IMG/VR virus record: IMGVR_UViG_3300030708_003795
Span: 1-37,363 of that record
Reading direction: 5' to 3' (one strand)
From: a virus
Lineage: Duplodnaviria > Caudoviricetes
DNA length: 37,363 bases
The position numbers and the translations under genes were made by a program. Every line of letters starts with the position of its first letter. Within the stretch, counting starts at the first letter, position 1. This document shows positions 16,674-25,862 of this stretch, piece after piece. A model generated the notes under the pieces. The model was given only the letters and a program-made list of their open reading frames with translations. It had not been told where the DNA came from and ran no database searches.

Positions 16674-19370
16674 CTAGTCCGAGTACGTCACTTCAACCGA
16701 GAGACTCTGAATCTCGATTGTGTATGGATTGTTGTGAGTAATGTTGAAGACCGGGCTTTTTCCGTAAAGTCCGATCACTGGAACGTCTTCCCAACCGTTG
16801 ATTTCACTCGGCTGGGCGTAACCTGCTGCTGGAAGTGTTTGCAGACTGTAGCCGGCAACCACTGGCCCTCTAGTCTTATTGAAGTAAACCAGGGAGCGGT
16901 CGTAACTTCTTTTGTGGCCGTGAGTGAATCCGCTTCTTCCCTGAATTTCCTGCACGGCTGGGGCAAGCTTGAATTCGTACCCCTTGCCCACGATTGTTCC
17001 GCTTCCTGTACTAGTAGGAAGAGTAATCGTGCCGTTTGTTACCGTAAATTCTCCGATGTAAAAAGTCGCATATATGACTTGTACAGTGTCTCCTTCAAAA
17101 CGATCTAAACCTGTAACCTGGTTATTGCTCGGAGTAACTGAAACTTGAGAATCTAAAACAGAACCTTCTTCAAAATACTCAATCGTTTTAGTTGAAGTAT
17201 TCCCACCGCTGTTTTCTGAGTGAAATCTTGTCGCTAACATCCATACTCTGTCGTACTTTTCATTAGTTCGACTAGGAAGCATTGCGATATCATTAACGTG
17301 GTCATATTGGACTAAATCAGAAGAGTAATTTCGTGCATCTCCGCTAAAAAAGGGAGACCAACCTAAAATCCCGTTTTCGCGTCGGTAACTGAGAATATCG
17401 ACTGTATTTCCACTTTTAGCCACAACCAGCTGGTCGGGACTATTCAGCAGCAACACCTTATCTAGCGACTTTTCAAAAAACCGCCCGACCTCTCTGGTGT
17501 GGCCGGCCCACAAATGGTCAGCCAGGTCCGTGAGGTCTGCACTCTGGTATCTGTTGGTGGATTCATTGTAGGCAAACTCTCGAAGCCCTTTGCCTCCACG
17601 GGTCACAAATAGCGTTGCAGAGCCGAGGTGGGCCGGCATGGCCACTTCTGCCCCGTATGTGCTTTGGAGGTCCACGGACACGTTGGAGGGCGTTAGAGGG
17701 GCACCTGAGAGCCTGAACTCGGCTAGATCAGATCCGACCAGCAAATCCTGCTGACTAATCAGCCAGCGAATCCCGTTGCCCACCTGGTTACTGATCTTGA
17801 ATGCCAAGCCCTCGTCGTCATTTGGGCCTGTAGTAAAATCGTCAGGCTCGCCGCTTCGAGATCCAACAATAATGTTCTGAAACTCCTTGGAGAATCCGCT
17901 CATAAACAAACGGCCCTGGTGAGAAGCTCCAGTTGTCGGAAATCCTGTACCGTTGGAGTAACCGTAACCAAAGTTAAAAGTGGGTCCGTAGTAGTTTCTG
18001 TTAGAAGTTTCCGAGCAATCGTAAACTCGTGTATTTGTTTGAGAGTTTGCCCTACCGGCTCCCCCTGCAATATACACAGTGCCGCCTTTGTCTGCTGTTC
18101 CAGAATTACCGTCGAAAGCAGTTGTGTGGCCTTCTGGAAGAAAGTTTTCTTCATTAAAAACCAGTTCAAAATCGTCAGTTAGAACTGTAGAGGCCGCACC
18201 AGAGTTTCTTGCATAAGCGGCTGTTTTGGGGATTCCTGGGCGTTCTGCAAGTTTCTTTATTGAAATTTGTTGAGATGATGATCCGACCAAACTTGCATCG
18301 CCACTGCCATTACCCAGAGAAAGGGCTTCGACAGAATCAGAGTCAATGACTCGATGAATGAAAAACAAAAACTCTCTATTTACTCCATTTGCTTCCAAAA
18401 TTACGGTAAAAACTTTGCCATTGTCGGCTTCTGAAAACATTCCAGTCGCTGTGACTGTTTGAAACTCGTATATGTCTCCGCCGGAAAAAGTTGCGTCAAC
18501 ATAACGCTCATGGACAAAAGGCCCGGTCCAATCTGTAGGATCTGGCCCCATTGGGTTTGTGAGTCTTTTGCCCACAAGTTTCCTAGAAGAACCAAAAGTT
18601 CTAGCTACAAACCAACAGGAAAGACCGTTTCGATACCTGCTTGCTGGAAAAGAAGTTTCAGCTGAAGGAGCAGAACCCCCACCCAATCTCCAGATTGAAT
18701 GGAGATTACTTGCAGTATTGCCAGCAGAAGCATCTACGTCAGATGCCTGGAACAAATCTGCGTCTGCTTCAATTGTGCGATCAAGATCGAGGCTGCCGGT
18801 GGTTCCATCTTCCATGGTAATGGCAATGCTAGGCTTGTAATTTTTGATTTCTGGCGAGCCATTTTTAATTGGTGCTAAACCAAATTTAAATGTTGGCGTT
18901 GTTGCGTATTCTTTCTCAAAATACACGGGTGGGTCTGCTTGGCTGAAAACATAGACTCTGTTTTCGTGTTGAACGTGATAGAGAGGCCCAGCATTCGCAC
19001 CGAAACCGTGGTTTCCTTGAGTGGTGACTGGGTCTGCTGCGAAGGGACCGTGGTCTAAACCGTCATTCCAGGCAACCAACTGCCCTTCTTCGTCAAAAAC
19101 GTAGAGTTTTTGGGCAGAAACAGAATACCCAAAAACCAGCATATAGTTTTGATCCGCTGACTGGTAAGGGACCAAATACGCGTCGGTCACATCTGAAGGC
19201 AGATCGGCAACGTACTTTGTACCAGGTCGCCGCCTCACCCCGCCGGTTCTGGTGACCACCGCATTTTCCAGGGTTTTACAGCCCTGCTTCACTTGATCCG
19301 AAGAACCCATCCCCAAGAGACGAGGACTCAGTTCTCCATAACTAAATCGTTCTTGAGGAAGCCAGACCAT
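16674..19370 (-). CDS. Tail tubular protein B / nozzle (T7 gp12, P22 gp10-like)
   Basis: FSYGELSPRL, LEN.V...GGVRRRPGT, HQGRLF, SRSG.P.DF motifs; 898 aa. Confidence 0.88.
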   Translation of the reverse strand: MVWLPQERFSYGELSPRLLGMGSSDQVKQGCKTLENAVVTRTGGVRRRPGTKYVADLPSDVTDAYLVPYQSADQNYMLVFGYSVSAQKLYVFDEEGQLVAWNDGLDHGPFAADPVTTQGNHGFGANAGPLYHVQHENRVYVFSQADPPVYFEKEYATTPTFKFGLAPIKNGSPEIKNYKPSIAITMEDGTTGSLDLDRTIEADADLFQASDVDASAGNTASNLHSIWRLGGGSAPSAETSFPASRYRNGLSCWFVARTFGSSRKLVGKRLTNPMGPDPTDWTGPFVHERYVDATFSGGDIYEFQTVTATGMFSEADNGKVFTVILEANGVNREFLFFIHRVIDSDSVEALSLGNGSGDASLVGSSSQQISIKKLAERPGIPKTAAYARNSGAASTVLTDDFELVFNEENFLPEGHTTAFDGNSGTADKGGTVYIAGGAGRANSQTNTRVYDCSETSNRNYYGPTFNFGYGYSNGTGFPTTGASHQGRLFMSGFSKEFQNIIVGSRSGEPDDFTTGPNDDEGLAFKISNQVGNGIRWLISQQDLLVGSDLAEFRLSGAPLTPSNVSVDLQSTYGAEVAMPAHLGSATLFVTRGGKGLREFAYNESTNRYQSADLTDLADHLWAGHTREVGRFFEKSLDKVLLLNSPDQLVVAKSGNTVDILSYRRENGILGWSPFFSGDARNYSSDLVQYDHVNDIAMLPSRTNEKYDRVWMLATRFHSENSGGNTSTKTIEYFEEGSVLDSQVSVTPSNNQVTGLDRFEGDTVQVIYATFYIGEFTVTNGTITLPTSTGSGTIVGKGYEFKLAPAVQEIQGRSGFTHGHKRSYDRSLVYFNKTRGPVVAGYSLQTLPAAGYAQPSEINGWEDVPVIGLYGKSPVFNITHNNPYTIEIQSLSVEVTYSD

Positions 19371-19371
19371 C

Positions 19372-20013
19372 TTATCGCCTCACATCCAGCAGGGAGGTTG
19401 TGCTAAACATACGAGGACTGCTTTCCTGGCCGTCCACACCCTTAGCCGCCAGCAGTGCGTCCTGGGCCTTCTGGTTCAACTGCTGCTGCTCGCTCGGGTT
19501 CTTACCGAAGTTAGTGGCAACGTGAGCTGCAAGAGCCAATCCACAAGCGTGGGCCACTAGGGGAGACAACAAAGAGATATTGTCATTTCCAATATCCATG
19601 ATGTATTCCAGGCTGACTGATCCTTCATTGGAAAGAAGGCACCGTTTCAAAGTAGGGTCTGTAGCCCCGTCACTGACGATTTCGATTTCCCAAGCATTTT
19701 GACCCATTGAGGTGTTTGGCTGCATGGCCAGTCCATTGATGGTCAATGCTCGAATGTAGTCTGTAGGAAGTTCGTAGGCATTGCTCCACCGGCTTCCAGA
19801 GGGCTTTACAGCATTTCCGCTGGAATCCGTAAAGAGGCTTAAGCTCTTCGTGGTCTTTGCTCCGTGAAAAGCATGGTCTGCCAGGAACTGCTGACGGAAT
19901 CCACCGTTCCACACATTTGACAGCAATTGGGCTTGTGGAGAGGTATCCACTTCCGTCACTGTTGCAATGCCTAACTCAACCAAAGCCACATTCCAAATTT
20001 CCGTGATTGTCAC
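19372..20013 (-). CDS. Predicted stand-alone tail adaptor isoform (213 aa) from internal GTG
   Basis: AAGGAG (20027-20022), 8-nt spacer, in-frame GTG at 20013 exactly at the adaptor domain boundary. Confidence 0.6.
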   Translation of the reverse strand: MTITEIWNVALVELGIATVTEVDTSPQAQLLSNVWNGGFRQQFLADHAFHGAKTTKSLSLFTDSSGNAVKPSGSRWSNAYELPTDYIRALTINGLAMQPNTSMGQNAWEIEIVSDGATDPTLKRCLLSNEGSVSLEYIMDIGNDNISLLSPLVAHACGLALAAHVATNFGKNPSEQQQLNQKAQDALLAAKGVDGQESSPRMFSTTSLLDVRR

Positions 20014-22347
20014 AACATCAGCTCCTTGCAAGAGAGGGGCACCAATGGTTCCTACGCCATCAATATCCGCTTCCGTCCTTAATCTTTGAGACAATGTGGC
20101 TCCCACAGTGCCTATGCCATCAATGTCTGCAAACACCTGGAAGGTAGACCCCGAGGCTTGATCTGTTGACGCAGAAAAACTAAACGTGGATTCTACGTCT
20201 CGTTCTATTTTTCCACCCGTAATATCTGCGTTTGTCCCTGCACTTCCAGAGACCGAAATAATTTTTGTAATTTCTCTTTTGACCGTAATCTGACTGTTCA
20301 AAGAAACAGCAGCAGGTGACTGCGTTTCTGTATCAGTGTTGACATTTAGGCTGACCTGCAAAACTCTTTGATAAGGATATCCGGCAACAGAATCACTTAG
20401 TTTAAAAGCAGCCGAAGCGGTTCTGGATATGACCTTGGCGGCATTTAGCTCAATAACGCTGTTGATTCCAAAAAGCAAATCAGGAGCATTTGTAATGAAG
20501 TTAGCTAACGGAGCCTGAACAGTAAGGCTTGCTCCAACTTCCGGGAATCGATCCATTACAATGGTCGATGTTGTTGTTCGTGGCGGGAAGTTGAATACCG
20601 CAGCCTCTAGTGCTGGGGTAACCGTTTTTCCACCAATGGAAGAAGAGCTTAATGTAAATACGCCAGTGCTGGTTTTTACATAATCTACTTTGCTTGTAGA
20701 AAGATCTGTTTTTAGCGTAAAGACAGCTGTGGCGGTTTCATTGTAAGTAATTGCCGCAGAAGCATTCGTTTCAATTGCCGGCGGTTCTGCTGTTCTTCCA
20801 TATTCAACTGCGTATGTGGCTGAAGGGTCTTCAAGTGTTGCAACCCCAGGGTTAATACTCGGATTGTAAACTCTAGCGACATCGGAAATAACACTAGCCG
20901 ACTGCGTGAACTCCGGCGGTGTTGCGGGTGACCTGGTAAACGTGCGACCTATTGTGTATACAGAGGTCGCTGATTGTTGGAAGCTCGGAGAAGCGACAGT
21001 CGGCGAAAAGTTCACAGATACTTCTGGAGTATCTATTTCAATCGTAAACGACCCGTCTCCAGATCGCGGAAATGTTCCCGATACGGATACATTAGCTGTT
21101 GCGGATAAACTAAACTGTTCTGAAAGTTCTCTATTAAGCTTAGATACGGTAGCGCCTGGGCTCCCACTGATAACCAGGGAGAACTGTTCTGTTTCAGATT
21201 TTGCGAAAACGGCAGCATAATCAACACTGGCTGATTGGGTAAACTGGGCCGGGGTTGGAGTCTCACTGTAAACCCTAACAACATCATAAATTGCTGACGC
21301 GGATTGGGTAAACTGCGATGCTGAAGGAGTTTTGTTGTACTCAGAAGACACATCATAATCAGCCGATGCTGAAGAAGTAAAGACTTCTGTAACAATTCTG
21401 TTTAGTTTTGAAACATCTGCTGTTGGAGGAGTGCTAATAGACAGCGAAAATTGTTCTGTTTCAGATTTTACGAAAACTGACTCTGCGATAACGCTGGCTG
21501 ATTGAGTGAACTGAGGTGGAGTCGGGGTTTTAGCAAAAACCTTGGCTACATCATAAGTCGCTGAAGCTGATTGAGTGAACTGGGGTGGAGTCGGGGTTTT
21601 AGAGAAAGTTTTTGCAACAACGTAACTAGCTGAAGCCGATTGAGTAAAAGACTCTATTCCAGACCTGGTGTAAGTAGTCGCTGCCGGAGCCATATTAATG
21701 ACAAGAGCATTGCTTTTGATATCTCTGTCGTCGCCGGGGGGACCGATGCTAATGTTGGTAACAGCAGACGTAAGGTCTAAGTCATAAGTAGCACAAACGG
21801 AGCCTTCACCGGCGTTGCTACGCCCAGCAATGGTGAAACCCGCAGGACTAGGACTGCTAAAGTTCCCACCTCTTTCGCTTGACCAACCCGCTACATAAGC
21901 AAACTCAGTGTATGTTTCAGGGACGCTAGGCTCATTAACAGCACCTGTAGTATTGGTGGCAAAACTGCCAATAGTGATGCTGCCGGCAGCCGCAGAAACT
22001 CCACGCAAGACGACAACGCAAACATGATTTCCGTTTCCACGCCATCCCGAACCAAGATGTATGTTATCGTCGGTAGAGCCTGTCCAATACCGGTACCAAA
22101 AAGAAAGGCGGCCTGGTTTACTGTTGCTGGCACCAAGCAAACTGAATAAGTTTGAGGTAGAGTTACCTGAGCTGTCTGTTTGACTTGGAGCGTCATCTGG
22201 GTCAGCATCTGGAACATCTCGAGATCGCTTACCCCCAGCACATACAAGAACAACTAAGTCACCTGCTTGAATGGTGGTAAAAGGACTTGTAAGCGTTCCG
22301 TTACTTGAGGCACTTTGAGCAAAGGATCTTACTAAGGTGATTGCCAT
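19372..22347 (-). CDS. Fibre-like Ser/Thr-rich repeat protein fused to a C-terminal tail adaptor (T7 gp11-like) domain
   Basis: N-terminal ~780 aa beta-rich with FTQSAS repeats; C-terminal EIWNVALVELG, YELPTDY, LALAAHVA, A..VDGQE motifs; directly upstream of nozzle. Confidence 0.85.
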   Translation of the reverse strand: MAITLVRSFAQSASSNGTLTSPFTTIQAGDLVVLVCAGGKRSRDVPDADPDDAPSQTDSSGNSTSNLFSLLGASNSKPGRLSFWYRYWTGSTDDNIHLGSGWRGNGNHVCVVVLRGVSAAAGSITIGSFATNTTGAVNEPSVPETYTEFAYVAGWSSERGGNFSSPSPAGFTIAGRSNAGEGSVCATYDLDLTSAVTNISIGPPGDDRDIKSNALVINMAPAATTYTRSGIESFTQSASASYVVAKTFSKTPTPPQFTQSASATYDVAKVFAKTPTPPQFTQSASVIAESVFVKSETEQFSLSISTPPTADVSKLNRIVTEVFTSSASADYDVSSEYNKTPSASQFTQSASAIYDVVRVYSETPTPAQFTQSASVDYAAVFAKSETEQFSLVISGSPGATVSKLNRELSEQFSLSATANVSVSGTFPRSGDGSFTIEIDTPEVSVNFSPTVASPSFQQSATSVYTIGRTFTRSPATPPEFTQSASVISDVARVYNPSINPGVATLEDPSATYAVEYGRTAEPPAIETNASAAITYNETATAVFTLKTDLSTSKVDYVKTSTGVFTLSSSSIGGKTVTPALEAAVFNFPPRTTTSTIVMDRFPEVGASLTVQAPLANFITNAPDLLFGINSVIELNAAKVISRTASAAFKLSDSVAGYPYQRVLQVSLNVNTDTETQSPAAVSLNSQITVKREITKIISVSGSAGTNADITGGKIERDVESTFSFSASTDQASGSTFQVFADIDGIGTVGATLSQRLRTEADIDGVGTIGAPLLQGADVVTITEIWNVALVELGIATVTEVDTSPQAQLLSNVWNGGFRQQFLADHAFHGAKTTKSLSLFTDSSGNAVKPSGSRWSNAYELPTDYIRALTINGLAMQPNTSMGQNAWEIEIVSDGATDPTLKRCLLSNEGSVSLEYIMDIGNDNISLLSPLVAHACGLALAAHVATNFGKNPSEQQQLNQKAQDALLAAKGVDGQESSPRMFSTTSLLDVRR
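20880..21660 (-). repeat. Imperfect ~23-aa coding repeats (KTPTPPQFTQSASA.Y.V) plus duplicated KSETEQFSL..S..P.A.VSKLNR units
   Basis: Near-identical DNA units at 21497 and 21566 (69-nt period); repeats visible in the translation. Confidence 0.85.
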
Positions 22348-23516
22348 TAGGTGTACGTCACCTTAACCAACAACTCGCCTACGTCTTGAAAGTTGGTAGG
22401 AAAAATTCTTACTACCTCTCCAGCATCAACTGATTCGCTTAGAGATGCAGTATCCCAGTCGCTAGGAGAAGTCCCGCCGCCATTAGAAAAACTTGGCTCT
22501 GATGAAGGGTTGTATTTGTTTTTACCGCTTGAAAGGCTTAGATCTGAAGCCATGACAAAAGTGTCATAGCCTGTTCCTCTAGGGTCTGAAGACTTGTAGG
22601 GATGGGTAGAATCAAGACCTCCGGTCAAGCTCCATTTGTGGGCCAAGTATCCTTCTATTTGTTCACGGACAGTCGTCGTGTTTCCAAATACGTCTTCTTC
22701 GCTACCCATTGATGAAATGCTATCTGAGTAAACTAACACTTCAAAGAGTCTAAGAGTTCCGCTACTTTGCCCACTACGGGTTAAGGCATTGTTGATATAG
22801 GTGAACTTAAACTCTTTATCACAAGTGTTATCGTCAGTAAGCGTTTGGGTTCCATCGACGTACTCGTCCATGTTTCCACTACTTCTCCTAGAAATGCACC
22901 TTATTTGTGAGCCTGACGGAATGTGACTAGTGCTTATAAAATCATTTTCATCGTTGTCGATTAAGGCTCTTCTACTGTTGTATATCCCGTAACATGAGCG
23001 ATAGTCACTGCCTCCTGTGTTTGTTCCTCCGAGAATAAAGGATTCATTATCGCTGTTGGCTGTCACCATTCCCGTCACAATAAAAATCGTAAACTCTTCA
23101 TCTTCGTCGAAGGAAAATGGGGTTGCTGGTAAGTCAAAGTGATCTCCAGGAAAGCCGGATGCAAAATGAACGTAGTTAGAACTTGACCACATAGGCTGGT
23201 CATCGCTCGTAGACTGTGAGGCTGACTCGGATGGGTTTATAGCGTTAAGCCAATCGCTTATAGCATCCCCGCTTGTAGGGCTTCCCAAAGTCATAGTAAG
23301 GTCGGCGGCTAATGCAAACTCAAGACCACTACCAAAAAACGAAGACCTTTTATCCCCAATAGACAAGTTGATTTTCAGGTCTTTTGTGGCGTTTTGGCTT
23401 TGAATAGCAATTTCAGTGATCGTGTGAGCCTCTGGGATCGAGTAAGCGAGGCCACCTGGAACGCCATCCCTGCCAGACAAACCACTAGAATCTAGCGACA
23501 ACATAAAAGAAGGCAT
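22347..23516 (-). CDS. Virion/receptor-binding protein with ConA/LamG-like domain (389 aa)
   Basis: GGAG SD before ATG 23516; FTIFIV, YVDG, EVLVYS, IEGYLAHKW.L...HPYK pattern; TAATG-coupled to the fibre gene. Confidence 0.7.
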   Translation of the reverse strand: MPSFMLSLDSSGLSGRDGVPGGLAYSIPEAHTITEIAIQSQNATKDLKINLSIGDKRSSFFGSGLEFALAADLTMTLGSPTSGDAISDWLNAINPSESASQSTSDDQPMWSSSNYVHFASGFPGDHFDLPATPFSFDEDEEFTIFIVTGMVTANSDNESFILGGTNTGGSDYRSCYGIYNSRRALIDNDENDFISTSHIPSGSQIRCISRRSSGNMDEYVDGTQTLTDDNTCDKEFKFTYINNALTRSGQSSGTLRLFEVLVYSDSISSMGSEEDVFGNTTTVREQIEGYLAHKWSLTGGLDSTHPYKSSDPRGTGYDTFVMASDLSLSSGKNKYNPSSEPSFSNGGGTSPSDWDTASLSESVDAGEVVRIFPTNFQDVGELLVKVTYT

Positions 23517-23524
23517 ACCGCTCC

Positions 23525-23567
23525 AAAAATAGAGGAGGGGCAACAGCCCGCCAGGTCGCCCCCCCTC
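23525..23567 (-). terminator. Intrinsic terminator after the capsid/small basic protein genes
   Basis: Minus strand GAGGGGGGGCGAC-loop-GTTGCCCCTCCTC followed by TATTTTT. Confidence 0.75.
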
Positions 23568-23579
23568 AGAGGTGTGTGT

Positions 23580-23858
23580 CTACCATTTTGTCTTAGCGGC
23601 CCAGTACGCCGCACTCAGTTTGCCTTTGGCAATGTTCTTCCCGTGTCTCGCCATAAAGCTCTTCTTGCGAGCCTTTTGTTTGGCTGACTTCGGATTCTTG
23701 CCGGCTCCTCGCACCCCTTGCTGACCAAAGCGAATCGTTTTGACCTGGTCTCCCACTTTTGCCACCACCACATGACTTTTCGTTTTGTGGTTCGGAGTCC
23801 TCTTTGGTTTGTTGAAACCACTGACTCCAGCTCTGGCTAAACGAGGGTCTTTTGCCAT
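23580..23858 (-). CDS. Small basic conserved phage protein (IRFGQQG...RKKSF.ARH...SAAYW...KW)
   Basis: Pattern common in environmental phages; very Lys/Arg-rich; coupled to upstream gene. Confidence 0.85.
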   Translation of the reverse strand: MAKDPRLARAGVSGFNKPKRTPNHKTKSHVVVAKVGDQVKTIRFGQQGVRGAGKNPKSAKQKARKKSFMARHGKNIAKGKLSAAYWAAKTKW

Positions 23859-23860
23859 TA

Positions 23861-24019
23861 CTACTTCCGCTTTCTCTTCTTGGCTGTCTTTGCAGACTTT
23901 TTGAAGGCCGCAGCAGTCGGTGCCCCTTTTGACCCAGGTTTACGCATTTTCTCGCCTGATCCGGCTTTGATTCGCTTTCTCTTTGCGTGAATGTTTGCGT
24001 ACAAACCTTTTTTGGCCAT
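23861..24019 (-). CDS. Tiny basic protein MAKKGLYANIHAKRKRIKAGSGEKMRKPGSKGAPTAAAFKKSAKTAKKRKRK (52 aa; not in ORF track)
   Basis: Translated by hand; TAATG overlap with upstream gene; GLYANIHAKRKR motif recognisable from environmental phages. Confidence 0.85.
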   Translation of the reverse strand: MAKKGLYANIHAKRKRIKAGSGEKMRKPGSKGAPTAAAFKKSAKTAKKRKRK

Positions 24020-24138
24020 TAGTAACCCTTTTTCTTTTTAGTCTTCTTCATTGCCTTGCCGGTCTTCTTGGCGTACTTCTTTGCCGCCTGGACTCCCGAC
24101 TTGGTGTAGGAGAAACGCTTCTTACCTACTTTTGGCAT
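24019..24138 (-). CDS. Tiny basic protein MPKVGKKRFSYTKSGVQAAKKYAKKTGKAMKKTKKKKGY (39 aa; not in ORF track)
   Basis: Translated by hand; TAATG overlaps at both ends. Confidence 0.8.
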   Translation of the reverse strand: MPKVGKKRFSYTKSGVQAAKKYAKKTGKAMKKTKKKKGY

Positions 24139-24818
24139 TAAGTGACCACCAGTTGCATGGTGAACGTAACATTTACGGTGTCGTCAGTTGCAACAGTGGC
24201 GATTCCGCTAGAGAACGCTGCTGAAGCCAAAAGAACGCCGTCAGTGCCGCCGCTATTTTCGGCGTACACAGCCGCACCTACCACGTTGGATGCACTAAGA
24301 CCGGTAAAACCAGTGGGGTTCGTATTGGTAAAGCTCTTTGTGGTTGTTCCACTTAAGGTAAAGTTACCAGTACCCGTACCATCCGCGGCGACACCCCAAG
24401 TCAATCCACCGTTAGCGTCTGCGTCAGTCCAACCCGTCTCAACATTGAAGGTGCCGGTGTGGAAACTAGCACCTGTACCACTGATTCCCGTGGCGTAGGT
24501 GTCTGAAGTCAGCAAGGTGGGGGCTGTGTTGGCTGCACTATTACTAAACAAAACAATGTTTGCCGTGCGGCCCGACTGACCCAAAATTAATCCTGTAGAA
24601 TCAGGATCAATCAAATTGAAAACTTCCGTAGCCAGTTCTTGAGTCGTTCCGTTGTATGCACGGAATTTGGATTTCACGTTGCCGTGTTTGTCCAAATGCT
24701 CAATGTCAAAGTAACCTGTTTCAAAAGAAATCGAAGGTCCACCCATAGTCGCTTGTACTTTTTTCGATTTCACTATTTGTGGAGTTGCGTTGCAACTCAT
24801 GTTTCCAGACGCTTCCAT
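24138..24818 (-). CDS. Beta-rich virion protein, paralogue 3 (fibre-base/decoration-like)
   Basis: AAGGAG SD; ends G.LLASA.F.....V...DTVNVTFTM like the two upstream genes. Confidence 0.75.
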   Translation of the reverse strand: MEASGNMSCNATPQIVKSKKVQATMGGPSISFETGYFDIEHLDKHGNVKSKFRAYNGTTQELATEVFNLIDPDSTGLILGQSGRTANIVLFSNSAANTAPTLLTSDTYATGISGTGASFHTGTFNVETGWTDADANGGLTWGVAADGTGTGNFTLSGTTTKSFTNTNPTGFTGLSASNVVGAAVYAENSGGTDGVLLASAAFSSGIATVATDDTVNVTFTMQLVVT

Positions 24819-24826
24819 TTCACTCC

Positions 24827-25372
24827 TTATGGATTAAGAGTCATTTCAAATGTGACTTTTACAGTTTCGCCGGCTTCAATGGTTAGATTACCGCCTGTAA
24901 AAAGGGCACAAGCAAACAAAGTCCCAGAAGTAGAACCACTTGTTTGATTACTAACGATAAACGCACCAGCCGCCGTCTCCTCGTTTGAAGTAATGGCAAA
25001 AGTAGCATCTGTAAAAGAAACTTTATTAGAAGCCGAAGTAAAACCCAAAGTAGACGTTGCTCTTTGAGAGATTCCGGCGTTCACCAGTTCAGTCCAGTTA
25101 TTATCGTAGGGTGGACTGGCTGTATCTTCTTTTATATTCAGAGCGGTGTTTGTTGCCGCTACTGTTCTTCCACTAGACGGAACCGTTGAAGAAATCAGGC
25201 CAGTGTAGACCGTGTCTTCTCCTGGTGCAGAACTGGTATTAAAAGCCAGGTTTAAAATCCGGTTTGCACCTTCATTTGTCATGGTATTGTGGGCTTTTCG
25301 CTCCACTCGAAGTTCACCATTAGGCTTGTATACCCGGAAGGTAAACACTCCGTGTTCTTTTAGCGTGAGCAT
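24827..25372 (-). CDS. Beta-rich virion protein, paralogue 2
   Basis: HN.MTNEG.N.IL, YTGL, GTLFA...F.....I.AGETVKVTF. Confidence 0.78.
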   Translation of the reverse strand: MLTLKEHGVFTFRVYKPNGELRVERKAHNTMTNEGANRILNLAFNTSSAPGEDTVYTGLISSTVPSSGRTVAATNTALNIKEDTASPPYDNNWTELVNAGISQRATSTLGFTSASNKVSFTDATFAITSNEETAAGAFIVSNQTSGSTSGTLFACALFTGGNLTIEAGETVKVTFEMTLNP

Positions 25373-25840
25373 TTAGTCCTCCCGAATAACCAGGCTGCCA
25401 GCTAGAAACTGGAACGTGTCACCGTTTTGAATGAACCTGGGATTGTCTAAAACATCCCAGTACAAAAGATTCCCACCTGTTTCGGCATCCCAAACACCTA
25501 CGCCGACCACTGTGTCACCAGAAACATTCATTCCAGAAATATTGACCCAACCAAAAAGAGTGCTGTTTTTAATTCGACAGCGATTGGTGTTGATATCGTC
25601 TATTTCTGGACCGTCCCAGTGAGGATTGCTGACAGGATTAGAACCAGTAAAAACCTGAGACCGACCACCGCCCCATTCAACATAGTCAGTACCCGGTATT
25701 GGGTATGAGCTGGTTGAAGACCCATCGGTGGTGGGATTTGTCGTGAAAAGACTGACCCATGTCTGGCTGTGCAATGCCGGCTGAGTGCCTGTAAACAGGC
25801 CCAAAACCGCTGCCGAAACCGGATTGGTTTTACCAGACAT
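25373..25840 (-). CDS. Beta-rich virion protein, paralogue 1 (tail-fibre-associated WDA.TGGN family)
   Basis: WVSLFTTNPT, GVWDAETGGNLLYW, I.NGDTFQF.AGSLVI.ED. Confidence 0.8.
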   Translation of the reverse strand: MSGKTNPVSAAVLGLFTGTQPALHSQTWVSLFTTNPTTDGSSTSSYPIPGTDYVEWGGGRSQVFTGSNPVSNPHWDGPEIDDINTNRCRIKNSTLFGWVNISGMNVSGDTVVGVGVWDAETGGNLLYWDVLDNPRFIQNGDTFQFLAGSLVIRED

Positions 25841-25862
25841 GGGTCACTCACCTATTCAGCGA

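Noticed and set aside
23517-23543. TTG start at 23543 for the LamG-like gene
   Set aside because: Lies within the terminator stem; ATG 23516 has a GGAG SD
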